A stretch of 64,000 bases of DNA, from assembly GCA_964016885.1 (NCBI GenBank), contig OZ024740.1, forward strand, positions 39,060,001-39,124,000, written 5' to 3'. The stretch comes from Eledone cirrhosa. Taxonomy: Eukaryota. Below are positions 24,301-39,500 of this stretch, one piece after another. The notes below the pieces were generated by a model. The model ran no database searches and had not been told where the DNA came from. It saw only the letters and a program-made list of their open reading frames with translations. Numbering within the stretch: the first letter of the stretch is position 1; every line of letters starts with the position of its first letter. The position numbers were made by a program, and so were the translations under genes.

Positions 24301-25849
24301 ATATAACAGTAGTATTGTAACTATATAGAGTAGTATGGTAGCTATATAGTGTAGTATTGTAACTATACAACAGTAGTATTGTAATTATATAACTGTAGTA
24401 TTGTAACTATACAACAGTAGTATTGTAACTATATAGTGTAGTATTGTAACTATATAACAGTAGTATTGTAACTATATAACAGTAGTATTGTAACTATATA
24501 GAGTAGTATTGTAGCTATATAGTGTAGTATTGTAACTATACAACAGTAGCATTGTAACTATATAATAGTAGTATTGTAACTATATAACAGTAGTATTGTA
24601 ACTATATAACAGTAGTATTTTATCTAATTAACAGTAGTATTGTAAGTATATAACAGTAGTATTGTAAATGTATAACAGTAGTATTGTAACTATATGACAG
24701 TAGTATTGTAACTATATATAACAGTAGTATTGTAACTATATAGTGTAGTATTGTAACTATATAACAGTAGTATTGTAACTATATAACAGTAGTATTGTAA
24801 CTATATAACAGTAGTATTGTAACTATATAGTGTAGTATTGTAACTATATAACAGTAGTATTGTAACTATATAACAGTAGTATTGTAACTATATAACAGTA
24901 GTATTGTAACTATATAACAGTAGTATTGTAACTATATATAACAGTAGTATTGTAACTATATAACAGTAGTATTGTAACTATATAACAGCAGTATTGTAAC
25001 TATATAACAGTAGTATTGTAACTGTATGACAGTAGTATTGTAACTATATAACAGTAGTATTGTAACTATATAACAGTAGTATTGTAACTATATAACAGTA
25101 GTATTGTAACTATATAACAGTAGTATTGTAACTATATAACAGTAGAATTGTAACTATATAACAGTAGTATTGTAACTATATAGTGTAGTATTGTAACTAT
25201 ATAACAGTAGTATTGTAACTATATATAACAGTAGTATTGTAACTATATAACAGTAGTATTGTAACTATATAACAGCAGTATTGTAACTATATAACAGTAG
25301 TATTGTAACTGTATGACAGTAGTATTGTAACTATATAACAGTAGTATTGTAACTATATAACAGTAGTATTGTAACTATATAACAGTAGTATTGTAACTAT
25401 ATAACAGTAGTATTGTAAATATATAACAGTAGTATTGTAACTATATAACAGTAGTATTGTAACTATATAACAGTAGTATTGTAACTATATATAACAGTAG
25501 TATTGTAACTATATAGTGTAGTATTGTAACTATATAACAGTAGTATTGTAACTATATATAACAGTAGTATTGTAACTATATAACAGTAGTATTGTAACTA
25601 AATAACAGTAGTAATGTAACTATATAACAATATTATTGTAACTATATAACAGTAGTATCGTAACTATATAACAGTAGTAATGTAACTATATAGTGTAGTA
25701 TTGTAACTATATAACAGTAGTATTGTAACTATATAGTGTAGTATTGTAACTATATAGAGTAGTATTGTAACTATATAACAGTAGTATTGTATCTATATAA
25801 CAGTAGTATTGTAACTATATATAACAGTAGTATTGTAACTATATAACAG

Positions 25850-28800
25850 TAGTATTGTAACTATATAGTGTAGTATTGTATCTATATAACAGTAGTATTG
25901 TATCTATATAACAGTAGTATTATAACTATATAACAGTAGTATTGTAACTATATAACAGTAGTATTGTAACTATATAGTGTAGTATTGTAACTATATAACA
26001 GTAGTATTGTATCTATATAACAGTAGTATTGTAACTATATAACAGTAGAATTGTAACTATATAACAGTAGTATTGTAACTATATAGTGTAGTATTGTAAC
26101 TATATAACAGTAGTATCGTAACTATATATAACAGTAGTATTGTAACTATATAACAGTAGTATTGTAACTATATAACAGTAGTATTGTAACTATATGACAG
26201 TAGTATTGTAACTATATATAACAGTAGTATTGTAACTATATAGTGTAGTATTGTAACTATATAACAGTAGTATTGTAACTATATATAACAGTAGTATTGT
26301 AACTATATAACAGTAGTATTGTAACTATATATAACAGTAGCATTGTAACTATATAACAGTAGTATTGTAACTATATAACAGTAGTATTGTAACTATATAA
26401 CAGTAGTATTGTAACTATATAGAGTAGTATTGTAGCTATATAGTGTAGTATTGTAACTATACAACAGTTGCATTGTAACTATATAATAGTAGTATTGTAA
26501 CTATATAACAGTAGTATTGTAACTATATAACAGTAGTATTTTATTTATTTAACAGTAGTATTGTAAATATATAATAGTAGTATTGTAACTGTATAACAGT
26601 AGTATTGTAACTATATAACAGTGGTATTGTAAATATATAACAGCAGTATTGTAACTATATAACAGTAGTATTGTTACTATATAACAGTAGTATTGTAACT
26701 ATATGACAGTAGTATTGTAACTATATATAACAGTAGTATTGTAACTATATAGTGTAGTATTGTAACTATATAACAGTAGTATTGTAACTATATAACAGTA
26801 GTATTGTAACTATATAACAGTAGTATTGTAACTATATAACAGTAGTATTGTAACTATATAGTGTAGTATTGTAACTATATAACAGTAGTATTGTAACTAT
26901 ATAACAGTAGTATTGTAACTATATAACAGTAGTATTGTAACTATATAGTGTAGTATTGTAACTATATAACAGTAGTATTGTAACTATATATAACAGTAGT
27001 ATTGTAACTATATAACAGTAGTATTGTAACTATATAACAGCAGTATTGTAACTATATAACAGTAGTATTGTAACTGTATGACAGTAGTATTGTAACTATA
27101 TAACAGTAGTATTGTAACTATATAACAGTAGTATTGTAACTATATATAACAGTAGAATTGTAACTATATAACAGTAGTATTGTAACTATATAACAGTAGT
27201 ATTGTAACTATATAACAGTAGTATCGTAACTATATGACAGTAGTATTGTAAGTATATAACAGTAGTATTGTAACTATATAACAGTAGAATTGTAACTATA
27301 TAACAGTAGTATTGTAACTATATAGTGTAATATTGTAACTATATAACAGTAGTATTGTAACTATATATAACAGTAGTATTGTAACTATATAACAGTAGTA
27401 TTGTATCTATATATAACAGTAGCATTGTAACTATATAACAGTAGTATTGTAACTATATAACAGTAGTATTGTAACTATATAACAGTAGTATTGTAACTAT
27501 ATAGAGTAGTATTGTAGCTATATAGTGTAGTATTGTAACTATACAACAGTAGCATTGTAACTATATAATAGTAGTATTGTAACTATATAACAGTAGTATT
27601 GTAACTATATAACAGTAGTATTTTATTTATTTAACAGTAGTATTGTAACTATATAATAGTAGTATTGTAACTGTATAACAGTAGTATTGTAACTATATAA
27701 CAGTGGTATTGTAAATATATAACAGCAGTATTGTAACTATATAACAGTAGTATTGTAACTATATAACAGTAGTATTGTAACTATATGACAGTAGTATTGT
27801 AACTATATATAACAGTAGTATTGTAACTATATAGTGTAGTATTGTAACTATATAAAAGTAGTATTGTAACTATATAACAGTAGTATTGTAACTATATAAC
27901 AGTAGTATTGTAACTATATAACAGTAGTATTGTAACTATATAGTGTAGTATTGTAACTATACAACAGTAGTATTGTAACTATATAACAGTAGTATTTTAA
28001 CTATATAACAGTAGTATTGTAACTATATAACAGTAGTATTGTAACTATATAGTGTAGTATTGTAACTATATAACAGTAGTATTGTAACTATATATAACAG
28101 TAGTATTGTAACTACATAACAGTAGTATTGTAACTATATAACAGCAGTATTGTAACTATATAACAGTAGTATTGTAACTGTATGACAGTAGTATTGTAAC
28201 TATATAACAGTAGTATTGTAACTATATAACAGTAGTATTGTAACTATATATAACAGTAGTATTGTAACTATATAACAGTAGTATTGTAACTATATAGTGT
28301 AGTATTGTAACTATATAACAGTAGTATTGTATCTATATAACAGTAGTATTATAACTATATAACAGTAGTATTGTAACTATATAACAGTAGTATTGTAACT
28401 ATATAGTGTAGTATTGTAACTATATAACAGTAGTATTGTATCTATATAACAGTAGTATTGTAACTATATAACAGTAGAATTGTAACTATATAACAGTAGT
28501 ATTGTAACTATATAGTGTAGTATTGTAACTATATAACAGTAGTATCGTAACTATATATAACAGTAGTATTGTAACTATATAACAGTAGTATTGTAACTAT
28601 ATAACAGTAGTATTGTAACTATATGACAGTAGTATTGTAACTATATATAACAGTAGTATTGTAACTATATAGTGTAGTATTGTAACTATATAACAGTAGT
28701 ATTGTAACTATATATAACAGTAGTATTGTAACTATATAACAGTAGTATTGTAACTATATATAACAGTAGCATTGTAACTATATAACAGTAGTATTGTAAC

Positions 28801-30550
28801 TATATAACAGTAGTATTGTAACTATATAACAGTAGTATTGTAACTATATAGAGTAGTATTGTAGCTATATAGTGTAGTATTGTAACTATACAACAGTTGC
28901 ATTGTAACTATATAATAGTAGTATTGTAACTATATAACAGTAGTATTGTAACTATATAACAGTAGTATTTTATTTATTTAACAGTAGTATTGTAAATATA
29001 TAATAGTAGTATTGTAACTGTATAACAGTAGTATTGTAACTATATAACAGTGGTATTGTAAATATATAACAGCAGTATTGTAACTATATAACAGTAGTAT
29101 TGTTACTATATAACAGTAGTATTGTAACTATATGACAGTAGTATTGTAACTATATATAACAGTAGTATTGTAACTATATAGTGTAGTATTGTAACTATAT
29201 AACAGTAGTATTGTAACTATATAACAGTAGTATTGTAACTATATAACAGTAGTATTGTAACTATATAACAGTAGTATTGTAACTATATAGTGTAGTATTG
29301 TAACTATATAACAGTAGTATTGTAACTATATAACAGTAGTATTGTAACTATATAACAGTAGTATTGTAACTATATAGTGTAGTATTGTAACTATATAACA
29401 GTAGTATTGTAACTATATATAACAGTAGTATTGTAACTATATAACAGTAGTATTGTAACTATATAACAGCAGTATTGTAACTATATAACAGTAGTATTGT
29501 AACTGTATGACAGTAGTATTGTAACTATATAACAGTAGTATTGTAACTATATAACAGTAGTATTGTAACTATATATAACAGTAGAATTGTAACTATATAA
29601 CAGTAGTATTGTAACTATATAACAGTAGTATTGTAACTATATAACAGTAGTATCGTAACTATATGACAGTAGTATTGTAAGTATATAACAGTATTATTGT
29701 AACTATATAACAGTAGAATTGTAACTATATAACAGTAGTATTGTAACTATATAGTGTAATATTGTAACTATATAACAGTAGTATTGTAACTATATATAAC
29801 AGTAGTATTGTAACTATATAACAGTTGTATTGTATCTATATATAACAGTAGCATTGTAACTATATAACAGTAGTATTGTAACTATATAACAGTAGTATTG
29901 TAACTATATAACAGTAGTATTGTAACTATATAGAGTAGTATTGTAGCTATATAGTGTAGTATTGTAACTATACAACAGTAGCATTGTAACTATATAATAG
30001 TAGTATTGTAACTATATAACAGTAGTATTGTAACTATATAACAGTAGTATTTTATTTATTTAACAGTAGTATTGTAACTATATAATAGTAGTATTGTAAC
30101 TGTATAACAGTAGTATTGTAACTATATAACAGTGGTATTGTAAATATATAACAGCAGTATTGTAACTATATAACAGTAGTATTGTAACTATATAACAGTA
30201 GTATTGTAACTATATGACAGTAGTATTGTAACTATATATAACAGTAGTATTGTAACTATATAGTGTAGTATTGTAACTATATAAAAGTAGTATTGTAACT
30301 ATATAACAGTAGTATTGTAACTATATAACAGTAGTATTGTAACTATATAGTGTAGTATTGTAACTATATAACAGTAGTATTGTAACTATATATAACAGTA
30401 GTATTGTAACTACATAACAGTAGTATTGTAACTATATAACAGCAGTATTGTAACTATATAACAGTAGTATTGTAACTGTATGACAGTAGTATTGTAACTA
30501 TATAACAGTAGTATTGTAACTATATAACAGTAGTATTGTAACTATATATA
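25850..30550. repeat. ~2,429-bp tandem higher-order duplication (2 copies, boundaries approximate)
   Basis: CAGTTGCATT at 26468/28897 and TTGTTACTAT at 26671/29100, both +2429. Confidence 0.85.
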
Positions 30551-33500
30551 ACAGTAGAATTGTAACTATATAACAGTAGTATTGTAACTATATAACAGTA
30601 GTATTGTAACTATATAACAGTAGTATCGTAACTATATGACAGTAGTATTGTAAGTATATAACAGTAGTATTGTAACTATATAACAGTAGAATTGTAACTA
30701 TATAACAGTAGTATTGTAACTATATAGTGTAGTATTGTAACTATATAACAGTAGTATTGTAACTATATAACAGTAGTAATGTAACTATATAGTGTAGTAT
30801 TGTAACTATATAGTGTAGTATTGTAACTATATAACAGTAGTATTGTAACTAAATATAACAGTAGTATTGTAACTATATAACAGTAGTATTGTAACTATAT
30901 AACAGTAGTATTGTAACTATATAACAGTAGTATTGTAACTATATAACAGTAGTATTGTAACTATATAACAGTAGTATTGTAATTATATAACAGTAGTATT
31001 GTAACTATACAACAGTAGTATTGTAACTATATAGTGTAGTATTGTAACTATATAACAGTAGTATTGTAACTATATAACAGTAGTATTGTAACTATATAGA
31101 GTAGTATTGTAGCTATATAGTGTAGTATTGTAACTATACAACAGTAGTATTGTAATTATATAACAGTAGTATTGTAACTATACAACAGTAGTATTGTAAC
31201 TATATAGTGTAGTATTGTAACTATATAACAGTAGTATTGTAACTATATAACAGTAGTATTCTAACTATATAGAGTAGTATTGTAGCTATATAGTGCAGTA
31301 TGGTAACTATACAACAGTAGCATTGTAACTATATAATAGTAGTATTGTAACTATATAACAGTAGTATTGTAACTATATAACAGTAGTATTTCATCTAATT
31401 AACAGTAGTATTGTAAGTATATAACAGTAGTATTGTAACTGTATAACAGTAGTATTGTAACTATATAACAGTAGTATTGTAAATATATAACAGCAGTATT
31501 GTAACTATATAACAGTAGTATTGTAACTATATAACAGTAGTATTGTAACTATATGACAGTAGTATTGTAACTATATATAACAGTAGTATTGTAACTATAT
31601 AGTGTAGTATTGTAACTATATAACAGTAGTATTGTAACTATATAACAGTAGTATTGTAACTATATAACAGTAGTATTGTAACTATATAGTGTAGTATTGT
31701 AACTATATAACAGTAGTATTGTAACTATATAACAGTAGTATTGTAACTATATAACAGTAGTATTGTAACTATATAGTGTAGTATTGTAACTATATAACAG
31801 TATTATTGTAACTATATATAACAGTAGTATTGTAAATATATATAACAGTAGTATTGTAACTATATAACGGTAGTATTGTAACTATATAACAGCAGTATTG
31901 TAACTATATAACAGTAGTATTGTAACTGTATGACAGTAGTATTGTAACTATATAACAGTAGTATTGTAACTATATAACAGTAGTATTGTAACTATATAAC
32001 AGTAGTATTGTAACTATATAACAGTAGTATTGTAAATATATAACAGTAGTATTGTAACTATATAACAGTAGTATTGTAACTATATAACAGTAGTATTGTA
32101 ACTATATATAACAGTAGTATTGTAACTATATAGTGTAGTATTGTAACTATATAACAGTAGTATTGTAACTATATATAACAGTAGTATTGTAACTATATAA
32201 CAGTAGTATTGTAACTAAATAACAGTAGTAATGTAACTATATAACAGTATTATTGTAACTATATAACAGTAGTATCGTAACTATATAACAGTAGTAACGT
32301 AACTATATAGTGTAGTATTGTAACTATATAACAGTAGTATTGTAACTATATAGTGTAGTATTGTAACTATATAACAGTAGTATCGTAATTACATAACAGT
32401 AGTATTGTAACTATATAACAGTAGTATTGTAACTATATAACAGTAGTAATGTAACTATATAACAGAAGCATTGTAAATATATAGTGTAGTATCGTAACTA
32501 TATAACAGTAGTATTGTAACTATATAACAGTAGTATTGTAACTATATATAACAGTAGTATTGTAACTATATAGTGTAGTATTGTAACTATATAACAGTAG
32601 TATTGTAACTATATAGTGTACTATTGTAACTATATAACAGTAGTATTGTAACTATATATAACAGTAGTATTGTAACTATATAGTGTAGTATCGTAACTAT
32701 ATAACAGTAGTATTGTAACTATATATAAGAGTAGTATTGTAACTATATAGTGTAGTATTGTAACTATATAACAGTAGTATTGTAACTATATAGTGTAGTA
32801 TTGTAACTATATAACAGTAGTATCGTAACTACATAACAGTAGTATTGTAACTATATAACAGTAGTATTGTAACTATATAACAGTAGTATTGTAACTATAT
32901 AACAGTAGTATTGTAACTATATAACAGTAGTATTGTATCTATATGACAGTAGTATTGTAACTGTATAACAGTAGTATTGTAACTATATAACAGTAGTATT
33001 GTAACTATATAGTGTAGTATTGTAACTATATACCAGTAGTATCGTAACTACATAACAGTAGTATTGTAACTATATAACAGTAGTATTGTAACTATATAGG
33101 GTAGTATTGTAACTATATAACAGTAGTATCGTAACTACATAACAGTAGTATTGTAACTATATAACAGTAGTATTGTAACTATATAACAGCAGTAATGTAA
33201 CTATATAACAGAAGCATTGTAAATATATAGTGTAGTATCGTAACTATATAACAGTAGTATTGTAACTATATAACAGTAGTATTGTAACTATATATAACAG
33301 TAGTATTGTAACTATATAGTGTAGTATTGTAACTATATAACAGTAGTATTGTAACTATATAGTGTACTATTGTAACTATATAACAGTAGTATTGTAACTA
33401 TATATAACAGTAGTATTGTAACTATATAGTGTAGTATCGTAACTATATAACAGTAGTATTGTAACTATATAGTGTAGTATTGTAACTATATAACAGTAGT

Positions 33501-36500
33501 ATTGTAACTGTATAGTGTAGTATTGTAACTATATAACAGTATTATCGTAACTACATAAGAGTAGTATTGTAACTATATAACAGTAGTATTGTAACTATAT
33601 AACAGTAGTATTGTAACTATATAACAGTAGTATTGTAACTATATAACAGTAGTATTGTATCTATATAACAGTAGTATTGTGACTATATAACAGTAGTATT
33701 GTAACTATATAACAGTAGTATTGTAACTATATATAACAGTAGTATTGTAACTATATAACAGTAGTATTGTAACTATATATAACAGTAGTATTGTAACTAT
33801 ATAACAGTAGCATTGTAACTATATAACAGTAGTATTGTAACTATATAACAGTAGTATTGTAACTATATAACAGTAGTATTGTAACTATATAACAGTAGTA
33901 TTGTAACTATATAACAGTAGTATTGTAACTATATAACAGTAGTATTGTAATTATATAACAGTAGTATTGTAACTATACAACATTAGTATTGTAACTATAT
34001 AACAGTAGTATTGTAACTATATAACAGTAGTATTGTAACTATATAACAGTAGTATTTTATCTAATTAACAGTAGTATTGTAAGTATATAACAGTAGTATT
34101 GTAACTGTATAACAGTAGTATTGTAACTATATAACAGTAGTATTGTAAATATATAACAGCAGTATTGTAACTATATAACAGTAGTATTGTAACTATATAA
34201 CAGTAGTATTGTAACTATATGACAGTAGTATTGTAACTATATATAACAGTAGTATTGTAACTATATAGTGTAGTATTGTAACTATATAACAGTAGTATTG
34301 TAACTATATAACAGTAGTATTGTAACTATATAACAGTAGTATTGTAACTATATAACAGTAGTATTGTAACTATATAGTGTAGTATTGTAACTATATAACA
34401 GTAGTATTGTAACTATATGACAGTAGTATTGTAACTATATATAACAGTAGTATTGTAACTATATAGTGTAGTATTGTAACTATATAACAGTAGTATTGTA
34501 ACTATATAACAGTAGTATTGTAACTATATAACAGTAGTATTGTAACTATATAACAGTAGTATTGTAACTATATAACAGTAGTATTGTAACTATATAACAG
34601 TAGTATTGTATCTATATAACAGTAGTATTGTAACTATATAACAGTAGTATTGTAACTATATAACAGTAGTATTGTAACTATATATAACAGTAGTATTGTA
34701 ACTATATAACAGTAGTATTGTAACTATATATAACAGTAGTATTAAAATTATATAAGAGTAGTATTGTAACTATATAACAGTAGTATTGTAAATATATAAC
34801 AGTAGTATTGTAACTATATAGTGTAGTATTGTAAACTATATAGTGTAGTATTGTAACTATATAACAGTAGTATTGTAACTATATATAACAGTAGTATTGT
34901 AACTATATAACAGAAGTATTGTAACTATATAACAGTAGTATTGTAACTATATAACAGTAGTATTGTAACTATATAACAGTAGTATTGTAACTATATAACA
35001 GTAGTATTGTAACTATACAACAGTAGTATTGTAACTATATAAGAGTAGTATTGTAGCTATATAGTGTAGTATTGTAACTATACAACAGTAGCATTGTAAC
35101 TATATAATAGTAGTATTGTAACTATATAACAGTAGTATTGTAACTATATAACAGTAGTATTTTATCTAATTAACAGTAGTATTGTAAGTATATAACAGTA
35201 GTATTGTAACTGTATAACATTAGTATTGTAACTATATAACAGCAGTATTGTAACTATATAACAGTAGTATTGTAACTATATAACAGTAGTATTGTAACTA
35301 TATGACAGTAGTATTGTAACTATATATAACAGTAGTATTGTAACTATATAGTGTAGTATTGTAACTATATAACAGTAGTATCGTAACTATATAACAGTAG
35401 TATTGTAACTATATAACAGTAGTATTGTAACTATATAACAGTAGTATTGTAACTATATAGTGTAGTATTGTAACTATATAACAGTAGTATTGTAACTATA
35501 TAACAGTAGTATTGTAACTATATAACAGTAGTATTGTAACTATATAACAGTAGTATTGTAACTATATAGTGTAGTATTGTAACTATATAACAGTAGTATT
35601 GTAACTATATATAACAGTAGTATTGTAACTATATAACAGTAGTATTGTAACTATATAACAGCAGTATTGTAACTATATAACATTAGTATTGTAACTGTAT
35701 GACAGTAGTATTGTAACTATATAACAGTAGTATTGTAACTATATAACAGTAGTATTGTAACTATATAACAGTAGTATTGTAACTATATAACAGTAGTATT
35801 GTAACTATATATAACAGTAGTATTGTAACTATATATAACAGTAGTATTGTAACTATATAACAGTAGTATTGTAACTATATATAACAGTAGTATTGTAACT
35901 ATATAACAGTAGTATTGTAACTATATAGTGTAGTATTGTAACTATATAACAGTAGTATTGTATCTATATAACAGTAGTATTGTAACTATATAACAGTAGA
36001 ATTGTAACTATATAAAGGTAGTATTGTAACTATATAGTGTAGTATTGTAACTATATAACAGTAGTATTGTAACTATATAACAGTAGTATTGTAACTATAT
36101 AGAGTAGTATTGTAGCTATATAGTGTAGTATTGTAACTATACAACAGTAGCATTGTAACTATATAATAGTAGTATTGTAACTATATAACAGTAGTATTGT
36201 AACTATATAACAGTAGTATTTTATTCATTTAACAGTAGTATTGTAACTATATAATAGTAGTATTGTAACTGTATAACAGTAGTATTGTAACTATATAACA
36301 GTGGTATTGTAACTATATAACAGTAGTATTGTAACTATATGACAGTAGTATTGTAACTATATATAACAGTAGTATTGTAACTATATAGTGTAGTATTGTA
36401 ACTATATAACAGTAGTATTGTAACTATATAACAGTAGTATTGTAACTATATAACAGTAGTATTGTAACTATATAACAGTAGTATTGTAACTATATAGTGT

Positions 36501-39500
36501 AGTATTGTAACTATATAACAGTAGTATTGTAACTATATAACAGTAGTATTGTAACTATATAACAGTAGTATTGTAACTATATAACAGTAGTATTGTAACT
36601 ATATAGTGTAGTATTGTAACTATATAACAGTAGTATTGTAACTATATATAACAGTAGTATTGTAACTATATAACAGTAGTATTGTAACTATATAACAGCA
36701 GTATTGTAACTATATAACAGTAGTATTGTAACTGTATGACAGTAGTATTGTAACTATATAACAGTAGTATTGTAACTATATAACAGTAGTATTGTAACTA
36801 TATATAACAGTAGAATTGTAACTATATAACAGTAGTATTGTAACTATATAACAGTAGTATTGTAACTATATAACAGTAGTATCGTAACTATATGACAGTA
36901 GTATTGTAACTATATAACAGTAGAATTGTAACTATATAACAGTAGTATTGTAACTATATAGTGTAGTATTGTAACTATATAACAGTAGTATTGTAACTAT
37001 ATAACAGTAGTAATGTAACTATATAGTGTAGTATTGTAACTATATAGTGTAGTATTGTAACTATATAACAGTAGTATTGTAACTAAATATAACAGTAGTA
37101 TTGTAACTATATAACAGTAGTATTGTAATTATATAACAGTAGTATTGTAACTATATAACAGTAGTATTGTAACTATATAACAGTAGTATTGTAACTATAT
37201 AACAGTAGTATTGTAACTATATAACAGTAGTATTGTAATTATATAACAGTAGTATTGTAACTATACAACAGTAGTATTGTAACTATATAGTGTAGTATTG
37301 TAACTATATAACAGTAGTATTGTAACTATATGACAGTAGTATCGTAACTATATAGAGTAGTATGGTAGCTATATAGTGTAGTATTGTAACTATACAACAG
37401 TAGTATTGTAATTATATAACAGTAGTATTGTAACTATACAACAGTAGGATTGTAACTATATAGTGTAGTATTGTAACTATATAACAGTAGTATTGTAACT
37501 ATATAACAGTAGTATTGTAACTATATAGAGTAGTATTGTAGCTATATAGTGTAGTATTGTAACTATACAACAGTAGCATTGTAACTATATAATAGTAGTA
37601 TTGTAACTATATAACAGTAGTATTGTAACTATATAACAGTAGTATTTTATCTAATTAACAGTAGTATTGTAAGTATATAACAGTAGTATTGTAACTGTAT
37701 AACAGTAGTATTGTAACTATATGACAGTAGTATTGTAACTATATATAACAGTAGTATTGTAACTATATAGTGTAGTATTGTAACTATATAACAGTAGTAT
37801 TGTAACTATATAACAGTAGTATTGTAACTATATAACAGTAGTATTGTAACTATATAGTGTAGTATTGTAACTATATAACAGTAGTATTGTAACTATATAA
37901 CAGTAGTATTGTAACTATATAACAGTAGTAATGTAACTAAATAACAGTAGTATTGTAACTATATAGTGTAGTATTGTAACTATATAACAGTAGTATTGTA
38001 ACTATATATAACAGTAGTATTGTAACTATATAACAGTAGTATTGTAACTATATAACAGCAGTATTGTAACTATATAACAGTAGTATTGTAACTGTATGAC
38101 AGTAGTATTGTAACTATATAACAGTAGTATTGTAACTATATAACAGTAGTATTGTAACTATATAACAGTAGTATTGTAACTATATAACAGTAGTATTGTA
38201 AATATATAACAGTAGTATTGTAACTATATAACAGTAGTATTGTAACTATATAACAGTAGTATTGTAACTATATATAACAGTAGTATTGTAACTATATAGT
38301 GTAGTATTGTAACTATATAACAGTAGTATTGTAACTATATATAACAGTAGTATTGTAACTAAATAACAGTAGTAATGTAACTATATAACAATATTATTGT
38401 AACTATATAACAGTAGTATCGTAACTATATAACAGTAGTAATGTAACTATATAGTGTAGTATTGTAACTATATAACAGTAGTATTGTAACTATATATAAG
38501 AGTAGTATTGTAACTATATAGTGTAGTATTGTAACTATATAACAGTAGTATTGTAACTATATAGTGTAGTATTGTAACTATATAACAGTAGTATCGTAAC
38601 TACATAACAGTAGTATTGTAACTATATAACAGTAGTATTGTAACTATATAACAGTAGTATTGTAACTATATAACAGTAGTATTGTAACTATATAACAGTA
38701 GTATTGTATCTATATGACAGTAGTATTGTAACTATATAACAGTAGTATTGTAACTATATAACAGCAGTAGTGTAACTATATAGTGTAGTATTGTAACTAT
38801 ATACCAGTAGTATCGTAACTATATAGTGTAGTATTGTAACTATATAACAGTAGTATTGTAACTATATAGTGTAGTATTGTAACTATATAACAGTAGTATC
38901 GTAACTACATAACAGTAGTATTGTAACTATATAACAGTAGTATTGTAACTATATAACAGTAGTAATGTAACTGTATAAAAGAAGCATTGTAAATATATAG
39001 TGTAGTATCGTAGCTATATAACAGTAGTATTGTAACTATATAACAGTAGTATTGTAACTATATATAACAGTAGTATTGTAACTATATAGTGTAGTATTGT
39101 AACTATATAACAGTAGTATTGTAACTATATAGTGTACTATTGTAACTATATAACAGTAGTATTGTAACTATATATAACAGTAGTATTGTAACTATATAGT
39201 GTAGTATCGTAACTATATAACAGTAGTATTGTAACTATATAGTGTAGTATTGTAACTATATAACAGTAGTATTGTAACTGTATAGTGTAGTATTGTAACT
39301 ATATAACAGTATTATCGTAACTACATAAGAGTAGTATTGTAACTATATAACAGTAGTATTGTAACTATATAACAGTAGTATTGTAACTATATAACAGTAG
39401 TATTGTAACTATATAACAGTAGTATTGTATCTATATAACAGTAGTATTGTGACTATATAACAGTAGTATTGTAACTATATAACAGTAGTATTGTAACTAT

